From NCBI GenBank assembly GCA_020184695.1, contig JAANOX010000253.1:186001-250000 (forward strand): a stretch of DNA of 64,000 bases, given 5' to 3'. The position numbers and the translations under genes are program-made. How positions within the stretch are numbered: the stretch's first letter is position 1; every line of letters begins with the position of its first letter. The notes under the pieces are model-generated. The model did not search any database. It had not been told where the DNA came from and saw only the letters and a list, made by a program, of their open reading frames with translations. Of the stretch, positions 23,488-35,043 are shown in pieces. Source of the DNA: Histomonas meleagridis 2922-C6/04-290x (taxonomy: Eukaryota > Protista > Parabasalia).

Positions 23488-24792
23488 CTAGCCATATTTA
23501 GGAGCAAATAATGTAATTGGTGGACATTGTCCATAAACATCTCCTTTGAATACAGTTAATCCTGCAAATGTATTTCCTTGATATGACTTCAAAACATATA
23601 TTTTCAAGAAAATTGTTTTAGAAAATATGTTTCTTTCTACACGTGGTTCTCTTTCTCCATAATATAGAACACATCTGAGAGAAATACATTCATCAAATGC
23701 ATATTCTCCTATTTTAATGATGTTCCTTCCTATAATAATCATTTTAAAATTTGTACATCTGAGGAAAGCACATCTTTCAATTCTTAATATTGAATTAGGT
23801 AAAAATAATATTGTTAAACCATTACAACTTTGAAAAGAAAAACTCGAAATTGTTTTTAATTTTTCATTCATGTGAAAGAATTTAATGTTATTACATTGGA
23901 AAAATGCACAGTCCCCAATAGTTTCAATATTTTCAGGGAAAAAATAATCTTCTATAACTTTTCCTTCTGGACAAGATATTATTGTTGTAAAATTTTTATC
24001 ATATAGAATCCCATCATTATTGAAATTTGAAAAATGAATATTATTTGAACTTACATTGATATTTTCTAAAGATGTACAATATTGTAATGAATCTGCACTG
24101 ATCTCTAAAAGAGAATCTCCAATATCAATTTTTTTTAATTTAATACAATTGAACAAAGCATATCTGGCAACTCTTTGTATAAATTTAAGATTAATTTCTA
24201 ATAAGCTTTCGCAATAACCAAATGCATATTCAGGAATTGCTTGAAAATTATTTTTAAATTCAATTGAAATTAAGTTTTTGCAGCTCAAAAAGGCTCCATC
24301 ACCAATATGAATTAAAGAGCGTGGGAAAATAATTTCCATGACTGATTTACAGAAACCAAAACCTAAATCTTCAATTCTTTCTATTCCTTTACCTAAATCA
24401 ATAACTTTTGCATTCGCACATTGATAAAATGCATAATTTCCAATAACTTTTAAAGAATTAGGAAGATGAATACTTTCCAGAGATATGCAATACGAAAATG
24501 CGTTATTTCCAATTTTTGTGATATTGTTTCCAAAAAATACTTTTTTTAGACTCTGACAATCATTAAAGGCATAATCTTCAATAATTGATGTTGTATGCCA
24601 AATTACTACTTCATTTAAGTATTTCCATGATTTAAATGCGTGCCATCCTATTGTATGAACACCATTCCAAAATATAACTTTGTCGACTTGATCATCTTGA
24701 GGAACATATTTTACTACAAATATATTTGAAAAATTAAGTACGCTTGAATGAGATTGTAAATGGAAAACAGCAAATATAACAAAATTAAACAT
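23488..24792 (-). CDS. BspA-like (TpLRR) leucine-rich repeat surface protein
   Basis: Repeats of I.IP.S...IG..AF..C..L, with an N-terminal hydrophobic stretch. Confidence 0.9.
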   Translation of the reverse strand: MFNFVIFAVFHLQSHSSVLNFSNIFVVKYVPQDDQVDKVIFWNGVHTIGWHAFKSWKYLNEVVIWHTTSIIEDYAFNDCQSLKKVFFGNNITKIGNNAFSYCISLESIHLPNSLKVIGNYAFYQCANAKVIDLGKGIERIEDLGFGFCKSVMEIIFPRSLIHIGDGAFLSCKNLISIEFKNNFQAIPEYAFGYCESLLEINLKFIQRVARYALFNCIKLKKIDIGDSLLEISADSLQYCTSLENINVSSNNIHFSNFNNDGILYDKNFTTIISCPEGKVIEDYFFPENIETIGDCAFFQCNNIKFFHMNEKLKTISSFSFQSCNGLTILFLPNSILRIERCAFLRCTNFKMIIIGRNIIKIGEYAFDECISLRCVLYYGEREPRVERNIFSKTIFLKIYVLKSYQGNTFAGLTVFKGDVYGQCPPITLFAPKYG

Positions 24793-25808
24793 TTCTTCTA
24801 GGTTGATTAAAAAAATGAAAAGCTAATTTTTAGATATATTCAAAATTTTATTCATTTTAAAACTTAAACAAAAATAATTAAAGATTTTTTCATCTCCAAA
24901 ATTTTACTTATACTGAAAGGTAAATATTGAAAATTGTTTTCTAAATATCACAAAATATCTTTTCTACAATTTAAATTTTAAAACTAATAAATTACAAGTA
25001 AAGTGACAACAAATAAAAGGCTAATTTAGACTCATTTTAATACATGATAATGGGATAAATAAATTATCACCGCCATTAAATCTCTCCTTTTTGAAATATG
25101 TTAAAAAAGTGTGATGCTCTTGGATTTTATAAATTGTATAATTTGAGATAAAAAATTTATATTAATATTTAATTAATATTTGATTATTCTAAATATTTGT
25201 TGGTTCTTATTTAAGTTAAATATGAAAATTTCATAATTATAACATGAGGCACATACTTTTCCCAACTCTTCTATATTTTTTACTTCTTTAATTATATGAA
25301 CATTAAAAGATATAATTTCTGTTTTTTTTTTTTTTTTGAATCTACTGAATGAAGAAATTAATTTCTGGTATTTTTTGCTATTAATAGCTATATTTAAAAT
25401 ATAACAACTTGTTGCAACACTACAGTGATAAAAATGAAATTTGATTTAAAATACTTATTAAAAGTTAAAAATGATTATTATAATAAAGCATAACAAAAGC
25501 ATTCTGTATATTAAGCAGAAAGGAAAAATAAGTTATGAATAAGTTTTTCTTGCTTTAAAATAAAGTTTGGAAAAAAGTGTTCCAAATATTTTCATTAGAT
25601 TCATCCTTCTTCATGGAACCTGCAATTTTTTGTTGCATATATTTCTATCTAATTTTGATTTTTAAGAGCACATAAAATCCGCTCCAAAAAGTAAACATTT
25701 CCAAAACTTCTCTTACTTGAAAAATAATTTCTTGACTTTTTTTGCACAAAATAAAATTTAAAGAGGAAGATTTGATTAAAAATAGCAAACCGATTTTATT
25801 TCATGATT

Positions 25809-26258
25809 CTATGAATCCAAAATGAGCTCGATTGCTCTCTCCAAGTTGTTGTTTGTGCGTTCCAATGCAGCTCTACCTTGTTCGATATCGAAGCCCATAT
25901 TGATAATTATTTGTAGTTCATCCGATATTTCGGATGATTCCTCTTTTTGAGGCTCTTCTTTAGGAATATTTACTTCAACTTCTTCGGCTTCATATTTAGG
26001 TCCATTTCCATCCAAAAAAGTTTGAATTGTTGAATTTTTTCTTATTTTAGCTGATTGAAAAGTATCACTTTCGGATATATCCTTATTCTTATATTTAAAA
26101 TCAATTTTATTTTCATCCATTTGATATCTTTTTGAAAAAATGGATTTGTAATCAAAAATTTTCTGATTAATTTCTGGTTCAAAATGATAATACCTTTCAT
26201 CTGGCGTTTGAAATATTACAAAGTAAAATTGATCAGGTTCAGGGTTTGTTGTGGACAT
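25809..26258 (-). CDS. Ubiquitin-like plus UBA domain protein
   Basis: N-terminal UBL-like region and C-terminal LQIIINMGFDIEQGRAALERTNNNLERAIELIL. Confidence 0.8.
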   Translation of the reverse strand: MSTTNPEPDQFYFVIFQTPDERYYHFEPEINQKIFDYKSIFSKRYQMDENKIDFKYKNKDISESDTFQSAKIRKNSTIQTFLDGNGPKYEAEEVEVNIPKEEPQKEESSEISDELQIIINMGFDIEQGRAALERTNNNLERAIELILDS

Positions 26259-26390
26259 TGCAAATTAATTTTCGTTTATCAAAAAGTGGCATTTAAATCA
26301 TAAATTAACGTTCTCCGTAGGACCACCCCAACGAAATCGATTAACAGAACAAAAAAAATTTGTGGGCTATAAGTTTTTTTTAAGCACGAC

Positions 26391-27071
26391 TTACTCTTCT
26401 TTCTTCTTACTGCAGTTGAAACCTTTGCATGCGATAAGAACAATAACCAATACAACAACAACCAAGAGAATGAAAGCAAGAAGATACCAACGGTACTTTT
26501 GGAAACACATCTTCCTTCTTACGTTTGTTGCTTCACGATGGAATGTGGCAGCAGAATTTTGGATATTTTCTGCTTTCTTTTCCATAACTTCAAGTTGTTC
26601 ACCACGAGCGAAGGCCATTGTCAAGTTTTGAGTCATTTGTTCTTGAGCTTGTGCAATGTTCTCCTTAATTGTTGTTAACTTTTGATTTCTTTCAGAATTA
26701 AAGTTTCTAATTAAAGCAGCCATTTCAGTCTTACCGAATTCATTATCCTTTGAGTTTGGTGGGAATGTTGAACCGCCATTTCCGTACTTGCTACGCCATT
26801 TGCGTTGTAAATCTTGAAGGAAAGAAATACGTGCTTGTGGACTAACATTTTTGTTTGTTAAGCAAAGGAAAGTTGTTCTATCAGGATCAGTTAATGTCAT
26901 GAAGACAAAGTTACCTTGTTCAACAATAGCACGAGGGGTCTTTGGATCGAGATTTTCAAGCATTTTAACAGCAATTTTACGATGATTACCATCAAGGATT
27001 GAGTATTCGGCAAGTGGTTTGGTTCCGTAAGCAACCATTGCATACTGGAAGTTGTTTCCTGCTGAGCTCAT
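26391..27071 (-). CDS. VAMP7: Longin-domain R-SNARE (VAMP7 family)
   Basis: Longin domain, SNARE motif NLTMAFARGEQLEVMEKKAENI, and a C-terminal transmembrane helix. Confidence 0.9.
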   Translation of the reverse strand: MSSAGNNFQYAMVAYGTKPLAEYSILDGNHRKIAVKMLENLDPKTPRAIVEQGNFVFMTLTDPDRTTFLCLTNKNVSPQARISFLQDLQRKWRSKYGNGGSTFPPNSKDNEFGKTEMAALIRNFNSERNQKLTTIKENIAQAQEQMTQNLTMAFARGEQLEVMEKKAENIQNSAATFHREATNVRRKMCFQKYRWYLLAFILLVVVVLVIVLIACKGFNCSKKKEE

Positions 27072-27622
27072 GGTTCAAATGGTTGGTGAACTTTTTGATA
27101 TAATTTGATATTTCAAAAAAATCGTTTAAGAAGTTTATTTAGTTAGGTGAACGATCGGTTTTCATCGTTGTTACTTTTTGTTTGGCTAATTCTATGAAAA
27201 TTTTGGGAATTTTTTCCACGAAAAAACTTTTCTGCTGCGTGACTTTTGTAATCTAATATGGCAACAAATGGAAATCTTGCTTATGCTAAAATGCTTGGTT
27301 CTTTTTTTAACAAATAACTAAAAGTATAATTTCATACACAAATCATTTACAAATCAAATATTTCGCTTAAAGCAATTTTGACATCTTAAAGGAAATAACT
27401 TATTCACCTAATTAAATGTTAAGTTAATCTCTTAAATATCTTTTCTTCCTCAACTTACTATACGCCAGCTATCGGCTATTGAAATACATAATATTCTGTG
27501 GTTTACAAATTATTTCTTCTTCAGAGCAAAGATTTGAACAAATTAATTCTTTTTTAAAAACAATTTTGAATATATTAATGAATTTTTTATATAAATTTTA
27601 CAAATAAATTTTTTTCTAACTA

Positions 27623-28816
27623 TTATTCACTTTTTGTCCTAGACTTCAATATTTGTCCGAATTCGCCTGTTGCCGCGATAAATTCTCCGTCATCAGCCTG
27701 TGTTATCCAATACAGTCTTTTGGTGTTTGTTTTAGAAAACAATTTCCAATTAATTCCCTGGTCATCGGACACCAAAATCGCGGAATTCGTGTTCACGTCA
27801 GGCTCATCAGCCCACAAACTCGAGCTCGCGTATGAACAGTCACAACATGCGTAAAGCCTTCCGTCTTTTCCCTTATAAAAACTTCGAACAATTTTAAGCG
27901 TTTCGTCAAATGTTGTTATGTCGACTCCGGGACTCCAATTCTTGCCGCCATCTGTTGTGTAGTACATCGATGGCATTCCGGGCTTAACTACACCTGCGCC
28001 AACAATAACATGCTGTTCATCATATGCAAAAACAGAAAAAATGACATAATCGGAAGAATTGATTTGTAATGTTAATACTTCGCTCCAATTCAACCCGCCA
28101 TCAATGGTCTTAAATACACGAGCTCGGCCATTCTCACTATCTTCTTCGCCTACGCCCATGAAAAATGTGTTGTTCCCCGCATATGTGATTGCGCGAAGAT
28201 TATCACATCCACTTGAACAATATTTAATGGTAGAATATGTGCGACCATTGTCGGTACTACGGTATATTTCGTTTGGATTCTTGGAAATAAGAAGAACACC
28301 TCCTCCATTTTGCATTGAAAATCCTGTATCAGGCATATCTTGAGTTGTCCAAGTAACACCAGCGTCAGTGGAATGAAGAAGCTTGCCTGGAACAATGCCA
28401 ATGAGTTCATTGTTCGGTAAACGTTGGAATGAATAAAGTGACCACATATCTGATGTACCTGTATAAACTAGATTCCAGTTTTCACCATTATCTGTTGAAC
28501 GGTACAATGCAGGGCGCGCAGTATTGGGATGAATATCTGAACCACCACCACAAAGAAGAACACCATCACCAGAATTGTAAAGTGTGGCAAGTTGCATGGC
28601 AGTATCATTAACGTACTTGCCTTTGCGACAGCGAAGAACTTCTCGCCATTCAATTGTCGAGGACTTTTTTGGGAGAGTGAAATAAATAATAACACCAATA
28701 ACTGCTAAACCAATTACAATTCCTACTATTATCAAAATGATCTTGTTCTTTTTTCGTTTTGTATTAAAGCCCTTTGAATATGATGGTTCTTCTGGAACAA
28801 GCAGGGAGTCAATCAT
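27623..28816 (-). CDS. Type II membrane-anchored BNR/Asp-box repeat beta-propeller protein
   Basis: N-terminal transmembrane segment, then six Asp-boxes (RSTDNGENW, HSTDAGVTW, RSTDNGRTY, KTIDGGLNW, YTTDGGKNW, VSDDQGINW). Confidence 0.85.
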   Translation of the reverse strand: MIDSLLVPEEPSYSKGFNTKRKKNKIILIIVGIVIGLAVIGVIIYFTLPKKSSTIEWREVLRCRKGKYVNDTAMQLATLYNSGDGVLLCGGGSDIHPNTARPALYRSTDNGENWNLVYTGTSDMWSLYSFQRLPNNELIGIVPGKLLHSTDAGVTWTTQDMPDTGFSMQNGGGVLLISKNPNEIYRSTDNGRTYSTIKYCSSGCDNLRAITYAGNNTFFMGVGEEDSENGRARVFKTIDGGLNWSEVLTLQINSSDYVIFSVFAYDEQHVIVGAGVVKPGMPSMYYTTDGGKNWSPGVDITTFDETLKIVRSFYKGKDGRLYACCDCSYASSSLWADEPDVNTNSAILVSDDQGINWKLFSKTNTKRLYWITQADDGEFIAATGEFGQILKSRTKSE

Positions 28817-29880
28817 TTTGTTGTAACAATTTCATATTCAATTTTTTTCTATGAGTTCGTTGAAAACTATTTGAGAGTGGAAGTAAATTAATAAAAAACA
28901 TGTACATCAATATTTTTATAACTTGACACTTCGCTTTGTACTTTATTATGTTCGGCCTAAAAAACATGAAAGTATGAATGAATTGTGATGTAGATACAAC
29001 AGACTTATCATATACTGAAGATTGATACTTAATCAATAGCTTCTGAATTTCTTTCAACCATACACAACGTGAAAAATTCGGAACTACGGAACATTTATTA
29101 ATTGCTTTTTAAATCTATCGATCTATTTTATTATGTGTATCAATTAATTTTAATGTACATTTAATCTATTCCATGACAAGAACATTAATTTACATTAATT
29201 CGACTTTACTTTTCGTTATCAAGCCTTTTTATTTTATTGAAAATAACCGAAAAATATCCGGTCATAATAAACAAAAAGTTATTTTACAACGCAATGTAAA
29301 CATACCCAGAATCACAGAAAGTATACAGAAAAAAGATATTTTGTGTGAAAGATTTACGAAAATACGAATGAGCTATAAGTTTTTACAAAACGGTATTGAT
29401 AATTTTTAAAATTCGAAAAACATACTATCTCTTCAAGAAGAAGAAAATTTTGTGAAAAATTTACAACAAATGAAGCAAAAATAAAACATTCAAATTTTGA
29501 ATTAAATATGATCGTGTGATAACCACATAAAAACCACAATAGACAAAATAGATTACGTAAATGATTATAAAACGGGAATAAATAGCGCACCTAGATCATG
29601 CTATCATAGGTCTTGGCATTAATCTCTATTGTAAATGGTCATATCTCTCTTCAAAAAAATAAAATTAAATTTCATTCTGAGACTATAATAACTAGTGAAT
29701 ATACTTCTGTGTTTTTAGTACATTATATGTATATACTATATAATTATTGGAATATTATTGTTTTTTTTCCCGCATATTTTCAATCAATATCTGGTCGAAC
29801 TGCGCCCTAGAAACGGTTAACGAAGATATTCTCTGAATCGATTCAAAAACTTCTGAACGATATAGAAAATAAAAGGGCAA

Positions 29881-31056
29881 ATGGACGAAAAAGATAAAAA
29901 TGTATATCCACCAAATACACAAATAAATCAATTTATAATATACAGACATATTGGGCATGGAGGATATGGAGAAATTTATTCTGTTTACACAACAAGAGGA
30001 AAAGGTCCATATGCAATGAAAGTTGAGAGAAAAGATGCAAAGAAGCATGGTCTTTTAGAAGAAATTAAGTTTGTTAAGAAGCTTAGTGAAACCCCTTTAT
30101 TTCCACGTTTTTATCTTTCTGGTGAAACGAATGAAATCAATTATTATATAATGGAACTCTTAGGTCCTTCACTATCAGCAATCAGACGTGTGCTTCCATC
30201 AAAAGTTATGTCCAAAGCAACTGCTACAATTTTAGCCAAAGAAATGTTAAGTTGTATTGAAGAATTACATTTTCGTGGCTTTATTCATCGTGATATCAAA
30301 CCAGGGAATTTTTTAATTCGTCCCAACAGAAAGAATCCGATTTGTCTTATTGATTTTGGTCTCTCCAAACGTTATCTTAATAAGAATGGCCAACAATTAA
30401 AACAAAAAGATCATCCAGGATTTGTTGGAACCTGTTCATTTGCTTCAGTATATGCCCATGATGGCGAAGATTTATCTCGTCGTGATGATCTCATCTCATG
30501 GATATATTGCATAGTCGAACTCGTCCAAAAACATCTTCCATGGCCCGGTAGCAAAGACAGAGAAGAAACGTACTCTTTAAAGAAGTCAATACATCCCGAA
30601 GATCTTTGTAAGAATCTTCCAGATCAGTTCATCAAAATCTACACAGACGTTGCGCAACTTGGTTTTTATGACAAACCAAACTACAGAAGATACTTCAAGC
30701 TGCTTAATACAGCCATTGAAGAGCTCGGAGGAGCTGAACAGAAATTCGATTGGGAAAGTTTGCCCAAAGAAACAATAAGTCGAATATCTCCGGTTTCTTT
30801 AGATATGACATCTTTTGATTATAGTTATTCTGGTTACGAAGAGGAAGAAGAGGAATATGAAACAGAGTATTCGAGCGCAAGCACAAAGAATGAAACTCCG
30901 GTAAAGAAAAAAGAAGAAACTCAACCAGTCAAAAGAGTTACAATTGTGGTAGGACAAGAGATGGAGAAGCCACGACAGAAAACACCAATAGAAATTAGTT
31001 CTCTGACAAGGGAAGTGGATGAAAAGGAAGTTGGGTGCAAATGTAATATATATTAA
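29881..31056 (+). CDS. Casein kinase 1 family (CK1/TTBK-like) protein kinase
   Basis: GHGGYG, MELLGPSL, HRDIKPGNF, IDFGLSK, SRRDDL, terminal CKC prenylation-like motif. Confidence 0.92.
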   Translation: MDEKDKNVYPPNTQINQFIIYRHIGHGGYGEIYSVYTTRGKGPYAMKVERKDAKKHGLLEEIKFVKKLSETPLFPRFYLSGETNEINYYIMELLGPSLSAIRRVLPSKVMSKATATILAKEMLSCIEELHFRGFIHRDIKPGNFLIRPNRKNPICLIDFGLSKRYLNKNGQQLKQKDHPGFVGTCSFASVYAHDGEDLSRRDDLISWIYCIVELVQKHLPWPGSKDREETYSLKKSIHPEDLCKNLPDQFIKIYTDVAQLGFYDKPNYRRYFKLLNTAIEELGGAEQKFDWESLPKETISRISPVSLDMTSFDYSYSGYEEEEEEYETEYSSASTKNETPVKKKEETQPVKRVTIVVGQEMEKPRQKTPIEISSLTREVDEKEVGCKCNIY

Positions 31057-31582
31057 ATATTGTAAACTGTCTATTTTATGGAATTAAAATTTCTTTATAG
31101 ATTTTTAATGAAAAGGTTTTGTGATTGTGGTTATAATTATGCCAACTCATACAAATATCGTTGCGCGTATTCAATTTCCGCCTCGATGCGAACGTTCTCG
31201 ATTATGTATCGTATAACGGTCGCTTCAATGAAATTTTATACATATTCTTCATATTATGATATAATAGTATCGTATTTAATATGTAGTATGATGAAAAATT
31301 CATATAAGAATGATATGCAATTAGTCTTATTATAATATAGAGAAAAAGATCATTCGAATTGTAATTCAAACTTATAATTATATGCTAATTAAATCATTTA
31401 TCAGCTTGAAATATGAAGAACTATTAATATACAACCATCATCATCACATTCTTTATGTTGTTTATTTAAAAAATTTAAAAAATTGTAAATATTTACTTCC
31501 TGACTATAGCCACTGTAATTTGTGAAGTTTACTAAATGTAAACTTAATAAAACTGGTTTGACGACCAAAATCATTTCGAACC

Positions 31583-32776
31583 ATGAGTTCTATCTACCGA
31601 AGAGAGTATAAACGAAAAGACAAAGATATTGCTCTTGAAGAAGCCTCAGCAGTAATCAATGATTTGGACAATTGGGAGTCAGAATGGCCAACATTTATCG
31701 AAAAGTTATATTCAGAAAGAAGTGAACTTAGATTGTCAGCAATGCAATCCATGAACAAAACTTTAACTGCTAGATTCATTGGAGAAGATATATTACCCTT
31801 TTTGAATGACACTGTTACTGCTCTTATTGGTCCCATCACAAATCCAGTTTCAAAAGCTGAACACGATGAAGCACTTGGCGTCATTTGCAATCTTGCACTC
31901 AATACCTTTGAGGAATTTGAAACTTTCACAAATACAATTCTCAATGAGTTAATGCCAAATCTTAAGAACATTGCTGAAGAACAATCTTTCCGCTTCTTTT
32001 CCATTGCCTTTATTACTTCTTTCACCATGTCACATCATGATGTCTGCATCAAAGTTTTCAATCGATTTACTGATTTCATTATCAAAAAGAAGTCACCCAA
32101 CTTCACTCCGGCCATGATAGCTGACTGTATCAATGCCATTGAGCTTCTTGTTTCGTCATTACCATCTGATGTTGTTGCCACCGAATTATTACCCAATCTT
32201 AAGTCCATTTTAGAAACAGCCTTCTCGGTACAAAAGCACAAGATTATATTAGCTGCCATTCCATTATTTGGAGTTGTATATGAAGCTCTTATTGATTACG
32301 AAAATGGAGTTGAATCCGAAGATGAAAGCGCTTCTTCTTCCAAAACATTTCTCTTTGATTTCCGTCCACGTCTTGCAAACTTAAGTAAGAATATCGCCAA
32401 GAAAGAACATAAGAAAACAATTGGAAACGAAGCAAACGCTGTTATTTCATCCATTGAAGACGAAATTGATGAAGAATTAGTTCTTGCGAACCAAACAGTG
32501 CATATTCTTGGAAGAAGAAATAATGTAAAACTTTCCGCAATTAGAAGAATAACAAAAGTACATTTCTTACAGCAGATGACACAAAACACAAAAATCCATG
32601 AAATGTTCGGATTCCAATTAATGAGTCATGCACAGGCATTAAGAATCAAAAAGAAGTACAAGGGAGATATCCAAAGAGAAAGAACAATGAACGCAAAGGA
32701 AAGAGAAAGAGAAATCGCAAAGAAGAGAAAGAAGAAGGACATGAAGGAAGGAATGTTCAATCACGAGGATTATTAA
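31583..32776 (+). CDS. Interferon-related developmental regulator (IFRD) family protein
   Basis: Helical IFRD-like N-terminus and a C-terminal region (HFLQQMTQNTKIHEMFGF..basic tail) matching the IFRD_C pattern from recall. Confidence 0.65.
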   Translation: MSSIYRREYKRKDKDIALEEASAVINDLDNWESEWPTFIEKLYSERSELRLSAMQSMNKTLTARFIGEDILPFLNDTVTALIGPITNPVSKAEHDEALGVICNLALNTFEEFETFTNTILNELMPNLKNIAEEQSFRFFSIAFITSFTMSHHDVCIKVFNRFTDFIIKKKSPNFTPAMIADCINAIELLVSSLPSDVVATELLPNLKSILETAFSVQKHKIILAAIPLFGVVYEALIDYENGVESEDESASSSKTFLFDFRPRLANLSKNIAKKEHKKTIGNEANAVISSIEDEIDEELVLANQTVHILGRRNNVKLSAIRRITKVHFLQQMTQNTKIHEMFGFQLMSHAQALRIKKKYKGDIQRERTMNAKEREREIAKKRKKKDMKEGMFNHEDY

Positions 32777-33071
32777 ATAATAAATAATAATAAATTATAA
32801 TTACTATTTTTTAAAGATAATAAATTTGTTTGATCTAATGTTGCAATATTTACATTGTTCTGAATATGATATGAAAGTAATGTCATTTTTGATATATAAA
32901 GTCTGAAAATGGTTAATGAGATACTTATGTGTGTACTGTTTACATATAATTGCTGTAATATTTTTGTGTAAATGTAACATAAATAATGAACATTATTGGT
33001 TCATCAACTCGTTTAATTCAATATGCCGTATCGTTCTTTCATATCACATCACAAATCAAAAATAGGGTAGA

Positions 33072-34037
33072 ATGACCAGGCCTTTCAAAAGGGAGGAAGA
33101 AGATATCCCATTTCCTGGTTACAGTTCTGGTAGATACGAAAAACATTTTGGAATTAATTTTCTTAAAATGGATAATTCAAATTTAGTATTATTGGGCTCA
33201 TGGATATTTCAACCCATGATTCCAAGTTGCTCATTTATCTTAGGAATCGGCTTTCTTCCAATTTTTTATTATTATTCGACTTTTTTTCAACATTCTTACA
33301 TTTTATTTTTTGTTGTTTTGATTCTTGATGTTTTTTTTCTTGCAGCGCTTTGTAGAACACTCCATGATGGACCAGGCTATTATCCTTTTTATTGGTCCTT
33401 AAATCAATCACAAGATTTATCCTTTGATAATGAATCCACAGACAATGAAGCCTTAATATCACAATTCGATCCTGGCCCTGAGGGGATAATTACAACACCA
33501 GAACAACTCCGATGGGCACGAAATCAGCCTCGACCACCACGATCAATTGTATCAAAATCTGCAGCACGCATTGTCATTCGACCCGACCATTTTTGTAATT
33601 GGACAATGACATGGATTGGAAAGCGCAACACTAAATTCTTTATTTTGTTCACATTTTATGCATCTCTCTTTTGCGCAATTCCATGTGTTTCTTTCCTCAT
33701 TCTTTGTTACAGAGATTATAAATCGGGAAATTATGGAATGTTCAACATTCCTTTCCTATTAAAATTGGGTTTTGCAATAGCAACATTTTATTTTGGATTT
33801 TTCGCATTTTCATTCGCATTCACAACATTTTGCTTAGTGCTAGTGGGAATTACGTCATGGGAGCACACAATGAATATTCCGAGAGAAAAATTTGCGAAAT
33901 CTTCAGTAATTGAAAATATCGAAGATGTATTCGGACCAAGAAATAAATGGTACCTTTATTTGTCGCCATTTTACTCCCCTTGGGAAAACATTCCGAATGA
34001 TAAGCTTGTTGAAGATTATGAAAATTATTATGAATAA
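33072..34037 (+). CDS. DHHC-family palmitoyltransferase-like protein (DHFC variant)
   Basis: Four transmembrane segments, RPDHFCNWTMTWIGKRNTKFF, ITSWE, and ENIEDVFG..LYLSP. Confidence 0.8.
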   Translation: MTRPFKREEEDIPFPGYSSGRYEKHFGINFLKMDNSNLVLLGSWIFQPMIPSCSFILGIGFLPIFYYYSTFFQHSYILFFVVLILDVFFLAALCRTLHDGPGYYPFYWSLNQSQDLSFDNESTDNEALISQFDPGPEGIITTPEQLRWARNQPRPPRSIVSKSAARIVIRPDHFCNWTMTWIGKRNTKFFILFTFYASLFCAIPCVSFLILCYRDYKSGNYGMFNIPFLLKLGFAIATFYFGFFAFSFAFTTFCLVLVGITSWEHTMNIPREKFAKSSVIENIEDVFGPRNKWYLYLSPFYSPWENIPNDKLVEDYENYYE

Positions 34038-34086
34038 ATAGATGTAATAATAATTTAAGAACAAAAGAATTTTAATAATAGAATAG

Positions 34087-34314
34087 CTATGCAACTACTT
34101 CACAATCAGATAAAACTTCGGATCCGCTTGAATCGGTTTTGCAAGTTTCGAAATCAGAGTCAACAAAATGAAATGGTGCGTGTGGTCTTGGAATCCATTC
34201 GCCTATAATTGAAGGATCTTGAAGAAATACGCCGTAAACTGGTGTCTGTGTTGGGCATGATCTGATCTGCATTGACATTGGTTCATAGTCGCATGAAAGC
34301 CACACGGAATTCAT
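34087..34314 (-). CDS. Small hypothetical protein (75 aa)
   Basis: ATG-initiated ORF that is more GC-rich than its flanks, with Inr-like TCAAAT upstream. Confidence 0.5.
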   Translation of the reverse strand: MNSVWLSCDYEPMSMQIRSCPTQTPVYGVFLQDPSIIGEWIPRPHAPFHFVDSDFETCKTDSSGSEVLSDCEVVA

Positions 34315-35043
34315 AGAGAACTAATTTGAACCGTTGAAATTGAATAGTTTATAATATTATGAAATACGTCGGTTAAGATATTGTTGGGCGGATGATGTCT
34401 CTTAAAATTGAATTCCCTAACATGTCAGTTTACAACATATCACTTAAGTTCTTTACAACACACACCGATAAAAATTATCCTGGATCACTCAACATTTTGT
34501 TAATATAAACGATTCTAAGATCTTTGTATTATAGAAATGTTTTATAATGTAAATTTTTTATTTTTCATGGAATAAATAGCTTTATATAATCACCAACATC
34601 GTGAATTATTATAATATTCGAAATATGTTTGTACATTATATATAATTATATATCTATGTTATAGTTTCTAATTGATCGAATGAGAAACAATAACAAAAAT
34701 GAGGAGCATTTATTATAATGTGGAATAAAGTTTCATAATTTTACATACCAGTTATATTAATTAAGCTCTCATTAAATATTAATTACATTGATAATGTATC
34801 TTCATTTAATGTCTTTCACTCAATAATGAAGCACTCAGGTCATTTTGTTTTATAATAAACGCAGAATGTTGATACTTAGGTTTTCATTTGTTTATATATT
34901 TCTCATTCAAGCTATAATATTGTAAAAATTATTAATATGTTTTCAAATAAAATTATTTGAATTTAAACTTTTATCAAAAATGACAAAAGAAAAACATTTC
35001 CATATAACAGAGCTCTTTAACAAGATCCGATATTTATTATTAT

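Noticed and set aside
31120-31230. GC-richer intergenic patch reading IEATVIRYIIENVRIEAEIEYAQRYLYELA on the minus strand
   Set aside because: Preceded by an in-frame stop, with no start codon and no recognisable family or RNA structure. At best a pseudogene scrap.
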